Shown here piece by piece: positions 29,178-40,091 of a stretch of 64,000 nt of DNA. The translations under genes and the position numbers were made by a program. Numbering within the stretch: position 1 is the stretch's first letter; each line of letters opens with the position of its first letter. The notes beneath the pieces are model-generated. The model did not search any database. It was not told where the DNA came from and was given only the letters and a program-made list of their open reading frames with translations. Source of the stretch: Calothrix sp. NIES-2098 (lineage in GTDB: Bacteria; Cyanobacteriota; Cyanobacteriia; Cyanobacteriales; Nostocaceae). Location: assembly GCA_002368175.1 (NCBI GenBank), contig AP018172.1:221599-285598 (forward strand), read 5' to 3'.

Positions 29178-29780
29178 TTAGGCTTTAGCTAAATTTTCAG
29201 CAGCAAAGTCCCAGTTAACTAATTGATCGAGGAAGTTTTTGATAAATGCAGGACGGGCATTTCTGTAATCAATGTAGTAGGCGTGTTCCCAAACATCTAG
29301 GGTTAATAATGCCTTTTGTCCATGAGCTAGAGGGTTCTCTGCATTTGGTGTCTTGATGACTTTCAAAGTACCACCATCATCAATCAGCCAAGCCCATCCA
29401 CTGCCAAACTGAGTTGCTGCGGCGTTAGAGAACTCTTCTTTAAATTTATCGAAGCTACCAAAAGCTTGATCGATTTTATTGGCTAGTTCGCCCGAAGGTT
29501 GACCGCCACCTGCTGGTTTCAGCGAATTCCAGAAGAAGGTGTGGTTCCAAACTTGAGCAGCATTGTTAAAGATTCCAACTTTAGAGGCATCTTTAAAAGA
29601 AGCTTTGATTACTTCTTCTAGTGACTTATCAGCAAGTTCTGTACCATCGACTAGCTTGTTAAGGTTGTCTACATAAGCTTTGTGGTGCTTGCCATAGTGA
29701 TACTCGAAAGTCTCACCTTTCATGCCATACGGCTCTAGAGCATTAAAGTCGTAGGGTAGGGGGGGCTGTTGAAATGCCAT
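29178..29780 (-). CDS. sodB: Fe superoxide dismutase
   Basis: MAFQQPPLPYDFNALEPYGMKGETFEYHYGKHHKAYVDNLN...DVWEHAYYIDYRN has the Fe/Mn-SOD metal ligands H, H, D, H and the AxxQ... pattern of Fe-SOD. Confidence 0.92.
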   Translation of the reverse strand: MAFQQPPLPYDFNALEPYGMKGETFEYHYGKHHKAYVDNLNKLVDGTELADKSLEEVIKASFKDASKVGIFNNAAQVWNHTFFWNSLKPAGGGQPSGELANKIDQAFGSFDKFKEEFSNAAATQFGSGWAWLIDDGGTLKVIKTPNAENPLAHGQKALLTLDVWEHAYYIDYRNARPAFIKNFLDQLVNWDFAAENLAKA

Positions 29781-30492
29781 TGTGTGAAATCCTCTCTTTA
29801 CCGTTTTCCAGTTTAAAGCTATTCAGTAGCTTAGGAAATTACAGCTTTCGTTTTGACAAGTTTTATGACCTTCTTAGTGAAACATAAAACTTAACATCGT
29901 CATTTTACTACCAAAGTGAAAATTAAAACACAGGATTTTTAAAATTAGTTAAATCCCCAGTAGCGTTATGGGAATTGCAAAATTTCTCTAGAAAATTTTA
30001 TTAACTTAGGAAAGCATCTCGGCAAGTTTTCGCCAAATTCAAAACCTTCTTAATTTGCATCAGATCTGTATGCCGATCTCATTTTGGAGCATGAAAATTT
30101 TATCTATGCCTCCAGCTTTTAACCTAGTCTTAACTTAGGTTTTTTTAGCTAGTCATAGTAGTCGCAGCGATGAGTTGCCTAGGTGAAGGCGACGGATGCA
30201 GGCGAATAGTTTGGTCAATTATCTAAATTTTAAATTTTATTTCTGATTATATATATAGCTAAATGCCATACCTGCAAAACTTCTAACCCAGGTAGGAGCA
30301 ATTAAATTATTTAAAATCAGTCTTTAGCTAGATGAATTAATTACACAATCAGTTATTATTCACATACATAAAAGCTGGCTGCAAATTTATTTTCAGTCAA
30401 TTATTTAATTTTTAAATTTTCAGAGAGGTGAGTGAGTGGTAGATCGCTCACCTCTGTATATCCAGTCTGTCATTAATAGGAAACTATTCAAA

Positions 30493-32097
30493 TTACCATT
30501 GCAATAACTGCTCTTGGCAATAGCTAACGATTTTGGCTGTGACTTCAGATACGCTGAGACCATCAGTTTGAATTTCAATCGCATCTGTTGCTTTTTGTAA
30601 GGGTGAAACTTTGCGCGTGCTATCTTTCCAGTCACGTTCGGCAATATCTCGTTCTAGCTGCTCAAGACTCACTTCAGGTTGATTTTGTTTTTTAAAGTCT
30701 TGCTGTCGGCGACGCGCGCGTTCGCTGACTGAGGCTGTTAAGAAGATTTTGACTTCAGCATCAGGAAATACATGGGTGCCAATGTCTCTGCCTTCAGCGA
30801 CTAAACCACCTCTTTTGCCCCAGCTTTGCTGTTGTTTTACCAAAGCTTTACGTACAGCGCTTTGGGCTGCGATCGCCGATACGTTAGATGTGACTTCAAG
30901 AGTCCGAATTTCTTGAGTGACATTAGTATTATTAATCCAAACTTGCACAGGAGATTGTAAATCCTGACTGGGAGTTAGTTGGATTTCACAAGAATTGGCT
31001 AATTCAGCGATCGCACACTCATCATCAATGGCAATACCCTTTTGCAGCACCAGCCATGTAACAGCACGATACATAGATCCGGTGTCTAAATACACTAGAC
31101 CTAGCTTGTCTGCTACTTGACGAGCTACTGTAGATTTTCCAGCGCCGGCTGGGCCATCAATAGCGATGATTGGTAAGCGATCGCTCAAGAGAATATTGTC
31201 AATCAAACGTGTAGAACCAAGACGAGCTGCGATCGCGAGCATTCCTTCCTCCTGAACTTGTACTAAAGACATTAATGTAGTCGGCTCAACCAATTCAATA
31301 TATTCCACTAAGACAGTACTGACCATTGCTACTTCTTGCCGTACCGCCGCAATCAGCTCTTTGCTGTCGCGAACCCCTGACTTGAAAATAGCCTCAGCTT
31401 GCTGCAAGCCGCGATATAACACCGCGGCCTGTTCTTTTTCCGTTGCAGTCAAATATTGATTGCGAGAACTTAAGGCTAGACCAGACGCTTCCCGCACCGT
31501 TGGACAAGCAACAATCTCTACGGGAAAATTCAAATCAGCTACCAAGCGTTTAATAATTGCTAGTTGCTGACCATCCTTTTGCCCGAAGTAGGCTCGGTCA
31601 GGCTGTACCAAGTTGAAAAGCTTGGTCACAATCGTGGCCACACCTTGGAAGTGCCCTTGCCGAGTCCCACCACACAAGCCTGTTATCATAGCAGATGGAG
31701 GGATTACTTGTGTAACCTTCGCTTCTTGTATACTCTTCTGCGGAACTCCCATTTCTTCCGGAGTGGGCGCGAAAATTAGGTCTACCCCAGCTTGTTCGCA
31801 AAGTTGCATATCTAGCTCTAAAGTCCGGGGGTAGCGTTGAAAATCTTCATTTGGCGAAAATTGTAGCGGATTGACGAAAATACTGACAATAACCGTAGAA
31901 TTTTCTTGCCTAGCTCGTTGAATCAAGCTTAAATGACCTTCATGTAATCCTCCCATTGTGGGGACTAGACCGACAGCCGTTCGATCCCAGCTAGTCATCT
32001 CATCTAGTACCACGTCTTCTAGAACCGCACACTTGTTTTCCGCGCGGCGTTTAGTTAAATAGCAGCTTAAAGCTGCGACTGTTGTGAGCAGGCGCAC
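30493..32097 (-). CDS. panC/cmk: Bifunctional pantoate--beta-alanine ligase / cytidylate kinase (PanC-Cmk fusion)
   Basis: N-terminal half has VGLVPTMGGLHEGHLSLIQRAR (PanC HIGH motif). C-terminal half has IIAIDGPAGAGKSTVARQVADKLGLVYLDTGSMYRA (Cmk P-loop). This fusion is characteristic of cyanobacteria. Confidence 0.9.
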   Translation of the reverse strand: MRLLTTVAALSCYLTKRRAENKCAVLEDVVLDEMTSWDRTAVGLVPTMGGLHEGHLSLIQRARQENSTVIVSIFVNPLQFSPNEDFQRYPRTLELDMQLCEQAGVDLIFAPTPEEMGVPQKSIQEAKVTQVIPPSAMITGLCGGTRQGHFQGVATIVTKLFNLVQPDRAYFGQKDGQQLAIIKRLVADLNFPVEIVACPTVREASGLALSSRNQYLTATEKEQAAVLYRGLQQAEAIFKSGVRDSKELIAAVRQEVAMVSTVLVEYIELVEPTTLMSLVQVQEEGMLAIAARLGSTRLIDNILLSDRLPIIAIDGPAGAGKSTVARQVADKLGLVYLDTGSMYRAVTWLVLQKGIAIDDECAIAELANSCEIQLTPSQDLQSPVQVWINNTNVTQEIRTLEVTSNVSAIAAQSAVRKALVKQQQSWGKRGGLVAEGRDIGTHVFPDAEVKIFLTASVSERARRRQQDFKKQNQPEVSLEQLERDIAERDWKDSTRKVSPLQKATDAIEIQTDGLSVSEVTAKIVSYCQEQLLQW

Positions 32098-32311
32098 AAA
32101 ATACCCCTAGTTTTTCTTGATCCCTCCCCCGTTAGTTTATATCTGAAATAGGGGGAAGAAATGTTTAACTAGGGGAATTTAAGTGATAACTAATGAAAAC
32201 TAAAGAGTAGGGAGTCGAAAGCGGATAGGAAATTGGCTAAAGAAGTGTTAAGGATGAATTATGAAGTAATTTCATACCTCAGCCTTAAGTTGTCAGCCAT
32301 GAAGATTATGT

Positions 32312-33413
32312 TTATCTGCCTAAAACCTCAATCTTCACGGGTGCAACGCCACTACCCATCATGCCTAAAATTCGAGCTGCGCCAGCAGAAAGGTCAAGAA
32401 TTCGACCTCGAATGTACGGGCCGCGATCGGTAATCGACACCACTACAGAACGACCATTGCGGGTGTTAGTTACACGAACTCTTGTACCAAAAGGTAGGCT
32501 CCTATGGGCAGCAGTCATTCCTTCTGGATGAAATCTCTTACCGCTAGCAGTACGGCTGTCAGAACCATCATAACCGTACCAAGAGGCTATACCACGGAGT
32601 GTAATTTTTACCGGGCCAATGGCAACTTCTTGTGGCAACTTTGGTATCGATAATGGGGAACGAACTGGTAAATTAGCAATCTCCTTAACAGGGGCTGCAT
32701 TGCCGATGAGTCTGCGCATCCGATTAGTGGCTTGCAATGCATCTTGTGCCAGATCGTTGGTGGGATTTGCTAATCGTGTATTTTCGTTGATTTCCACCAG
32801 TTCTTCGCCGTTTACCTTGATGGTATAGCGATCGCCTTTTTGCTGGGTGGAAGCGGCTTTATTTTGGTCTTGATTGGCAACTTTCGCTTCGCCGCCTCCC
32901 TTCCAACTGACACTAATCTTGCTGGCGTCTACATTGTCCCGATACAACTGGTTAATTTTTGCTGCTATTACACCAGCTTTTTGTACTGGGTCGTTTTGAG
33001 CCGCAGTAATTTGGTTACTTACATCCGAGATATTTCCAATGCTGGCTACCTTAGTAGCGTTGTTAGCAATAGGGGCGTACATTTGCACGCCCCCAGAATT
33101 TCCAATTACGCCGACCTTACTATCAGCACTAGCTGATGGTAAAGAACTCAAAAAGGTAAGAACAGGAATATTTCGGATAAAAAGGGTTGCCGCCTGACGA
33201 CCTTGAATGCTGTGCGAATGAATTTCTGCGATCGCAACATCAGAGGTCGGTTTCCCTGCTGGGGATTGATACTCTCCTACCTTAACCACATCACCTGCTG
33301 GTGATGCTTGGGAAGCTAGCGCAGTTCCCTTGGTAGTTTGAGTGCGACCGACTGAGGGCATCCCTAAAACAGTCAGAAACAGGGCGACAATAGTCCACAA
33401 ATGTCTTTGATTC
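32312..33413 (-). CDS. rlpA: Septal ring lytic transglycosylase RlpA-family protein (DPBB domain)
   Basis: C-terminal IASWYGYDGSDSRTASGKRFHPEGMTAAHRSLPFGTRVRVTNTRNGRSVVVSITDRGPYIRGRILDLSAGAARIL is the double-psi beta-barrel. N-terminal signal peptide MNQRHLWTIVALFLTVLGMPSVG. The ORF track extends to 33553; the internal start at 33413 is preferred. Confidence 0.8.
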
Positions 33414-34181
33414 ATGCGTCCGATTTTAAAGCGACTGTAGAACAGAAGTTTTACGGTTCGTGGGATTTTGCACCACTGAAATAAAGTGACGACCCCTACA
33501 ACTTGAACTCGTTCCGCTTTCACTTTTTGTTCATAACTGCAACAGACTAACACGAACCTTTGAGCTTGGGGATCAGGGTTTTAGCGTAAGTCTTGGTAAC
33601 TTTAGCAAATTTTAAATCGGTTTTCAAGCCTCAAACCTTTCTCAAATGCGGATTTCAACTGTGTAACGTTTTTTTTGGGAAGTAGGGCTTTTCTTATGAA
33701 AAATTAACATTTTCGCAGTCTTAAATTGACTCAGCCAACTGCAAATTTTTCCCTTAATATTAACACTGTTGGTAAATTTATATGCCCAATAATTATCTAT
33801 ATAAATTTAAAAAAAATAATAACTTGTTAAACTAAATCTTGCGAATATATACTGATAAAGACTCATTTTATCAAAGCTTTGTATTTCATTTTAACTATTT
33901 TGTAGCAAGAGTTACAGCTTTAGTGCCTGAAATATAAAATAAATTAGTTGAAAAGCTATAATGTAAAAAATAATACATTTATTGTATGAATCTTGCGCTT
34001 GTAAGCGTTACATAAGTTACTGATTTCAACAGTATTACTAAGGAATAAAAATTAAATTAACAATATGTAATATTTTTTACAAGTAGAGAAAATATATCAA
34101 GATTAATAGCACAAAAGTCATCAGTATATGTAGATTAATTTGCCAACTGAGAAAATAGAATCACATTTCTGCTTACAGTAA

Positions 34182-35228
34182 TTGAACGAGTATGATTTTT
34201 TAGAGCAAGCTGTAAGCCTCATGGTCACTCAAGGAGATTTAGAAACAGTTCCATTGCCTTATCTAGATGTTCTCAAGGACTTGCATTCCAGGTACAAGTC
34301 ACTTAGAGATGGTGCAGTAGCAAACTACATTCCAGAATTGGCAAAGGTAAATCCCGACTTGTTTAGCATCTGCATTGTCACTGTAGATGGTCAGATTTAT
34401 GAAGTTGGGGATTTTGAGCAACTATTTACCATTCAGTCGATTTCTAAAGTATTTGCCTACGGACTGGCACTTGAGGATCATGGAAGAGATTATGTTTTGA
34501 CCAGAGTTGGCGTAGAACCGACAGGAGATGCATTCAATGCCATTATCCTTGATGAACAATCAAATCGACCATTAAACCCAATGGTAAATGCCGGGGCGAT
34601 CGCTACCACTAGTTTAATCAAAGGTGCGGGTGCAACCGAACGCCTCAACCGGATGCTGGATATGTTTAAACGATACATCGGTCATGATGTATTCGTTGAT
34701 ATTTCTGTATTCACCTCAGAACGCAGCACGGGACATCGCAACCGTGCAATGGCGCATCTCATGCTCAACTTTGGCATGATTGACCAGAACATTGAGGAGT
34801 CCTTAGATCTATACTTTCAGCAGTGTGCGGTCATGGTCAATTGTCGTGACTTAGCAGTCATGGCGGCGACTTTAGCCAACAAAGGTATCAATCCTATTAC
34901 TCAGGAACAAGCGGTAAAGAAAAGTTACATTAAAGACATTTTGAGCGTAATGTACACTTGCGGGATGTATAACTTTGCTGGCGAATGGGCTTATAAAGTC
35001 GGTATTCCTGCGAAAAGCGGTGTTTGTGGCGGAATTATGGCTGTTGTCCCCCATCAGATGGGAATTGCTGTATTTTCGCCACCCTTGGATAAACGGGGTA
35101 ACAGCGTGCGGGGGGTTAAAGTATGCGAAGAACTTTCCCAGCAGCTTGGTTTACATCTATTTGAGTGTTCTGGGAAAGGGTCAAAGTTTGGATGTCAGGA
35201 AACTGAGGGGAATTTGAAAATTATTTAA
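34182..35228 (+). CDS. glsA: Glutaminase A
   Basis: [29 protein letters not shown]...[12 protein letters not shown]... has the serine-dependent glutaminase signature. Apparent TTG start. Confidence 0.88.
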   Translation: MNEYDFLEQAVSLMVTQGDLETVPLPYLDVLKDLHSRYKSLRDGAVANYIPELAKVNPDLFSICIVTVDGQIYEVGDFEQLFTIQSISKVFAYGLALEDHGRDYVLTRVGVEPTGDAFNAIILDEQSNRPLNPMVNAGAIATTSLIKGAGATERLNRMLDMFKRYIGHDVFVDISVFTSERSTGHRNRAMAHLMLNFGMIDQNIEESLDLYFQQCAVMVNCRDLAVMAATLANKGINPITQEQAVKKSYIKDILSVMYTCGMYNFAGEWAYKVGIPAKSGVCGGIMAVVPHQMGIAVFSPPLDKRGNSVRGVKVCEELSQQLGLHLFECSGKGSKFGCQETEGNLKII

Positions 35229-35477
35229 AGGATGGGGCGCTCGCACAGTTTAGGACTCACACAACTAACTATATTATTTACTTTTTGAGTGGGCAGAGGC
35301 TAGTAGTGATCCGCCTACTTCAGACTTTATTTTTTATATGTCACATAATTTACATATTTTTAAATTTGTCATAGACAGTGGAAGTGATTGTTTATGTATA
35401 AATTTATAGATTCTATTTAGTAGGAATTTTTTGAATTTTATTCCCCAATACATTTTCTTTGTAGCAGTTTTAAAATT

Positions 35478-36020
35478 ATGCCCCAGCAAACAGAAGTATT
35501 AGTTCAGCAGGGAGTAATCAAGGCTTCTAGGAACAATTTACTTAGTTCTATTGATGAAGCCATAGAGCATTTTGAAGATTATGAAACGCAGATAATCCTC
35601 AAAAAATATGGTTTTGATGTAAACTCTCTGCTTGACGATTTGAATGATTCTAAGGATTGGATATCTCAACTAATCAACGATCAGCAAAGCTGTCATGCTG
35701 CTGTAGCAGAATACATACATAGCAACAGGAGTTTGGGTTGGATGTCAGAAGATTGTGAAGCAATCATTCAGCAATGTCGAGAAGAAATTATTGCCTCAAT
35801 AGAATTCGGCGGTGAATATAATTCTAAACTAGAAAATTTTGCTTTTGAATTAAAATCTCATCTATCTAAATATCCGGAAAAGCACAAACAAGTTATTCAG
35901 GAATTAAAAAATGATAAACAAAAAGAGATAAATGCAGAAAATGAGTATTCAGACAAAGTACTTTTGTATGAAAAATATGATGTTATACTCCGAAGAATAG
36001 ATGATATTCCTGAAAAATAG
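35478..36020 (+). CDS. Hypothetical acidic cytoplasmic protein (AT-rich island)
   Basis: 180 aa with no recognisable motif. Lies at the edge of a low-GC region. Confidence 0.4.
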   Translation: MPQQTEVLVQQGVIKASRNNLLSSIDEAIEHFEDYETQIILKKYGFDVNSLLDDLNDSKDWISQLINDQQSCHAAVAEYIHSNRSLGWMSEDCEAIIQQCREEIIASIEFGGEYNSKLENFAFELKSHLSKYPEKHKQVIQELKNDKQKEINAENEYSDKVLLYEKYDVILRRIDDIPEK

Positions 36021-36070
36021 TTTTCGGGAGTTGCTCTAAAAGTTTAAGCCATTTGATTTTTGAAATATAG

Positions 36071-36093
36071 GTAGGGTGGGCAATGCCCACCTA
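36071..36093. repeat. Intact copy of the palindromic repeat GTAGGGTGGGCAATGCCCACCTA
   Basis: Near-perfect palindrome (GGTGGGCA A TGCCCACC) in the convergent intergenic gap. It is the same sequence that is split by the MITE at 13656-13870. Confidence 0.8.
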
Positions 36094-36181
36094 AACTTCA
36101 GCTTCAATCATAAGAAAATTTTTGATCAAAAAACACACGTAATTACTATACTTCGTCTAAGTATACTAAGGACAAACTAAG

Positions 36182-36763
36182 CTATTGAGAAATTAAGGGT
36201 TTCCGATTTCTATCACGCATACGTTTTGCTAGTTGAGGGTTAGGTCTGGTAAATTGTTCACCTGTAAAAATTTCAATGCTTGCCAGGATTTCTTTTAATT
36301 TTTTTGTTGACAATTCAATTTTTTCTATTTCTTTACTAAGATTGTTAATTTCTTCACTTAGTAATTGATATGTCGTACTCTGGGAATTCAAATTTACTAG
36401 TTCATGTTCTATTTGTTTTTTTCTATGTCTACTTTGTTCTAATTGGTTTTCTAATCTGTGAATATCTCTACTAAACCTGAGAATTTTTCTAGGCAGATTT
36501 CTATTAATAATATCTTGTTTTATACGTTTTTCTTCTTCCAAAATATCCTGTGACTTTTTATGTAATTGCTCTGTTTCCCTGTCTGTAATCTGTGTTAACC
36601 CTTGAAGTAATTCTGGTTTTGGATTTTTTGTGATTTCATTTGTGTGTTTATTCAAGGTTTGTTGATCTAAATAAAAAACTTTATGTTTTGTCACAAGCAA
36701 AGCAGCAAAAATACCACTAACAAAGGCTATTACTATAAATAATACTTGACTAATAATTATCAT
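36182..36763 (-). CDS. Hypothetical membrane-anchored coiled-coil protein
   Basis: N-terminal TM helix (IIISQVLFIVIAFVSGIFAALLV), then a charged heptad-rich region (EEEKRIKQDIINRNLP...LENQLEQSRHRKKQIEHELVNL). Very AT-rich coding sequence. Confidence 0.5.
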   Translation of the reverse strand: MIIISQVLFIVIAFVSGIFAALLVTKHKVFYLDQQTLNKHTNEITKNPKPELLQGLTQITDRETEQLHKKSQDILEEEKRIKQDIINRNLPRKILRFSRDIHRLENQLEQSRHRKKQIEHELVNLNSQSTTYQLLSEEINNLSKEIEKIELSTKKLKEILASIEIFTGEQFTRPNPQLAKRMRDRNRKPLISQ

Positions 36764-36943
36764 ATTTTATTTATTTTAATACTAAAAAATATCTTTGGGA
36801 TTTACAGATCAATACATGAACATATACAGCATTCTATCTTTTAAGTTATGTGCAACTAGATACTTGCATACCTGCTAAATAAATAATTCTAAACTTTATA
36901 ATTATTAAATCTCATGATCTTAAATCACTCTATACATAACTTG

Positions 36944-37816
36944 TTAAGAGTTTTCTAACAAATGTATTCGCTCTTCAATCTCTTGCATTTGTTCGCTATC
37001 ATAGTTACTATGAAGTTCTCGTAATATATTTTTCATTTGTTCTAATTGTATCTTCAAATTTGGATTTGCATTTAAGCTATGATTGTTTAAACTATAAAAA
37101 ATATATTTAATTGCTCCTAATTCTTCCTCTAAACACTCTAGAATTGCACTTCCTTGATAATCATATTGTAAATTTTGCAGAATCCGAATTGCTCTAAGAC
37201 GTTCTTGCAAAGCAATTGGCTGATTAAACGTCTGGTATTCTTTAAAATAAAAAGGTTGTTGAACTTGCTGTTGTATATCTATCTGTTCTGCAGATAGAAC
37301 AGAAACTTGATATTCTAGCCATTTAAGCTTTACCTCAATTCTATATAGTTTTTCCTCTGTTGCAGTCCACAAATTTTCCTGTAAGTTATTCTGAATTTTA
37401 ACTAATTCTTCTTTTTCTAGCCAATCTTGTAATTTTCTTGTAATAGCCTCTTTATCTTGTTCACGAGATAAAACACTTGTGAACCATTGATATCCAAAAA
37501 AAGTTAGTGAGATAGTTACTACCGTACCTACAAGTGATAAAAAAATCGTATCCAAAAGGCTCTTGTTGTACTCTTTCATCAACTCTAAAGCATCTTGGGT
37601 ATCCTCTTTAGGAGAATTTGAACTTTGAGGGAGTGGGGTATTAATTTTACTGTTAGTCGATGGGATAGCGATCGCAGTTAAAGGTTCTTGAGCATAAAGC
37701 GGTTTATTAAGACTTTGCGTACCTAAAAAATATCCGATGGATAAAGATAAACAAATTAAGAAAATTAATATAAGATTATGTTTGTGAAAAAATAATCGAT
37801 AATTATGTTTTTGCAT
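36944..37816 (-). CDS. Hypothetical membrane coiled-coil protein (2 TM)
   Basis: TM1 LILIFLICLSLSIGYFL and TM2 IFLSLVGTVVTISLTFFGY, then a long coiled-coil/Gln-rich C-terminal region. Very AT-rich. Confidence 0.5.
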   Translation of the reverse strand: MQKHNYRLFFHKHNLILIFLICLSLSIGYFLGTQSLNKPLYAQEPLTAIAIPSTNSKINTPLPQSSNSPKEDTQDALELMKEYNKSLLDTIFLSLVGTVVTISLTFFGYQWFTSVLSREQDKEAITRKLQDWLEKEELVKIQNNLQENLWTATEEKLYRIEVKLKWLEYQVSVLSAEQIDIQQQVQQPFYFKEYQTFNQPIALQERLRAIRILQNLQYDYQGSAILECLEEELGAIKYIFYSLNNHSLNANPNLKIQLEQMKNILRELHSNYDSEQMQEIEERIHLLENS

Positions 37817-37985
37817 GAGTCTACGTAATTGTTAAACTTCAGAAATATTAGTCTGAAATTGCAATAACACTTGAAAATCAGTCCGAGAGCCGTTCAAATT
37901 ATGACAATAAACTTGGGATGCTTGATGCATTTTACATTAGTATCAAACATCTCAAGCCATTTTGAAAACTAAAGTTACTTCTGCT

Positions 37986-38396
37986 TTACAAGCGATCGCA
38001 CTCCACAATACTCTGCAATAGTTTCTGCTCTTCAATCATGGCGCGACGGATACGATTAATCATATAGCAAGCTGTATTTCTATTTACCTCTATTTTGGAA
38101 GCTAGAGCGCGTACTGTGATTGTGTTTGGTGACTTTATCACAAGCTCAATCGCCAAAAACCACTTATGTAAATCTACATAAGTTTTATGAAAGAGAGTTC
38201 CAACTGTAACGCTATAGGAATTAAAGCATGTGTTGCAATGATACCTGCGTTCTCGCTTGATTGCTGTAGAATTAATTGACTCGCAATAGGGGCATTTTGG
38301 TGTTCCACTCCAGCGGATTTTTTCTAAGTAAGCTAGGCAATCTTCGTGAGTGCGTGTCATTTTTAAACCCAGAGTTACTGAGTTAAAAAGACGCAC
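37986..38396 (-). pseudogene. Fragment of an IS1595/ISXO2-like transposase: N-terminal zinc-ribbon/HTH only, DDE domain absent
   Basis: EDCLAYLEKIRWSGTPKCPYCESINSTAIKRERRYHCNTCFNSYSVTVGTLFHKTYVDLHKWFLAIELVIKSPNTITVRALASKIEVNRNTACYMINRIRRAM matches the N-terminal Zn-ribbon of IS1595-family transposases. Length is 136 aa against about 300 aa for a full transposase. Confidence 0.6.
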
Positions 38397-38669
38397 AGTT
38401 TGACTGTATAAGTTACGTAAAGCTTAATTTAGCCAATAACAGCGAAAATTCAAGGCTGTTTGCCTAGGAATATAAGTTTTTATAAAAAAGCTACAGTTAA
38501 TTTATGCTACCAATACTCAATGCCACGATCGCTTTTAATACAGCAATACATACTGATACCTCTGGATTGTAATTCAAAGCGATCGCCATTATTCGACATT
38601 TAACCAAGGTAGCAGTTAGAACAAAGTAAGAATTGTTACTTTTAAATTTTGTTTTAACGAGAAAATATT

Positions 38670-40091
38670 ATGACTGAAGAAAAGACATACTTAGAGCTTT
38701 CAGAAGCTAGTGGCGGCTCCCATAAATTTTATGAAGTTATCGTCAAAGATACGCAAGTGACCATACGCTATGGTCGCATTGGTGACACAGGACAAACCCA
38801 GACTAAAACTTACCCCACCCCAGACAAAGCTAAAGCAGACGCTAACAAAAAGATCAAAGAAAAACTGGCGAAAGGTTACGAACACGCCGTTATGGGCGTG
38901 CGCCAGAAGCGTCCTGTTACCCGACGTGCAGTTACGAGTACCCAATCGACAGCCCAACAAGCGCCAATTTTGTGGAAATTTAATTCTAATTCTGCCGCCT
39001 TTGGCATTTTTGTTGACAGTAATCGCTGTTGGGTGGGTAATCAAGCAGGTCAAGTTTTTGCGCTAAATCACCAAGGTCAAGTTATCAATCAGTTTAAGCT
39101 TCCCGATGGCGTTAAATGTTTAGTTGCTGATGATATTTGGATTTATGCTGGCTGCGATAACGGCAACGTCTACGACCTCACAGGCAAATTACCACGTATT
39201 GCCTATGAAATTGATGAAAATGTTGATATTTTCTGGCTGGATATCAAAAACGGTTTATTAGCAGTCTCCGATGCCAACGGTGGTGTCACCACCATCGATC
39301 ATGATGATGAGTCACAATGGACTCGTTTAAGTCAAGGTGATTCTGGCTGGATGGTACGTTGCGACGAAGTTGGTGTTTATCACGGTCATAGTCAAGGCGT
39401 GACTATGTACGATAACAAAGAAGGTCGGATGCTTTGGCATCAAAAGACTGCTGGCGGTGTACTATTTGGTTGGCAAGAAGCATCAGCTGTTTATGCGGGT
39501 GCAAGCGATCAAAAGATTTACTGCTTTAGCAAGAAGGGTGAGGCTGGCGCAGTTTACAAATGTGATGCTGCTGTCTACTCTTGCGCTACAGCCTTAGATG
39601 GAAAGTATGTTTTTGCTGGTGACAATAGTTCTTCGATTTACTGCTTCAACAAATCAGGAGAACGCCTTTGGAAACTTGGAACTGGTTGCGGTTCTGCTTT
39701 ATCTATGCAATTTTTTGAGCATCGCATTTATATTGTCACCACCGATGGTTCTCTGGCTTGTATAGATACTAGTGAAGCTGCTATCCAAGCCGCCCAAGTG
39801 GGTACAATTCCGCAAGCAGCTATTATTAAAGCACCAGCCGGAGAAGGTGCAGCACCTTCCGCAGTGGTGGAAACTACAACAGATACCAGCCAAGGAGTAA
39901 TTGTTGAGTGCTTCCGGGAAGGGAGTAAACTCAGGGTGCGGGTTGTCTCGCTAGGATATAACCCTAACTGGAAAGTACAGTTTCCTAAAGATATCCGCCA
40001 AGAAGGACAGCGTTATCTTGTCCAAGAAATACGCGAATCAGCTAGTGGAGGTTTTTACCGCGCTTATGGTGATATTAAAAAGTTAGTCTAG
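38670..40091 (+). CDS. WGR-domain protein fused to a PQQ/BamB-like beta-propeller
   Basis: N-terminal SHKFYEVIVKDTQVTIRYGRIGDTGQTQTKTYPTPDKAKADANKKIKEKLAKGYE is the WGR fold. Repeated ...G.VYA..../...IYCF... blades follow. Hypothetical function. Confidence 0.6.
   Translation: MTEEKTYLELSEASGGSHKFYEVIVKDTQVTIRYGRIGDTGQTQTKTYPTPDKAKADANKKIKEKLAKGYEHAVMGVRQKRPVTRRAVTSTQSTAQQAPILWKFNSNSAAFGIFVDSNRCWVGNQAGQVFALNHQGQVINQFKLPDGVKCLVADDIWIYAGCDNGNVYDLTGKLPRIAYEIDENVDIFWLDIKNGLLAVSDANGGVTTIDHDDESQWTRLSQGDSGWMVRCDEVGVYHGHSQGVTMYDNKEGRMLWHQKTAGGVLFGWQEASAVYAGASDQKIYCFSKKGEAGAVYKCDAAVYSCATALDGKYVFAGDNSSSIYCFNKSGERLWKLGTGCGSALSMQFFEHRIYIVTTDGSLACIDTSEAAIQAAQVGTIPQAAIIKAPAGEGAAPSAVVETTTDTSQGVIVECFREGSKLRVRVVSLGYNPNWKVQFPKDIRQEGQRYLVQEIRESASGGFYRAYGDIKKLV

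Noticed and set aside
31564-31834. Small ORFs (31564-31779 +, 31598-31801 -, 31613-31834 +) inside panC/cmk
   Set aside because: They overlap a strongly supported bifunctional gene and have no start context or motifs.
33554-34181. AT-rich 630-bp gap between rlpA and glsA, searched for tRNA/ncRNA
   Set aside because: No tRNA-like T-arm (GTTCRANYC) or other recognisable RNA motif. It is most simply a divergent promoter region.
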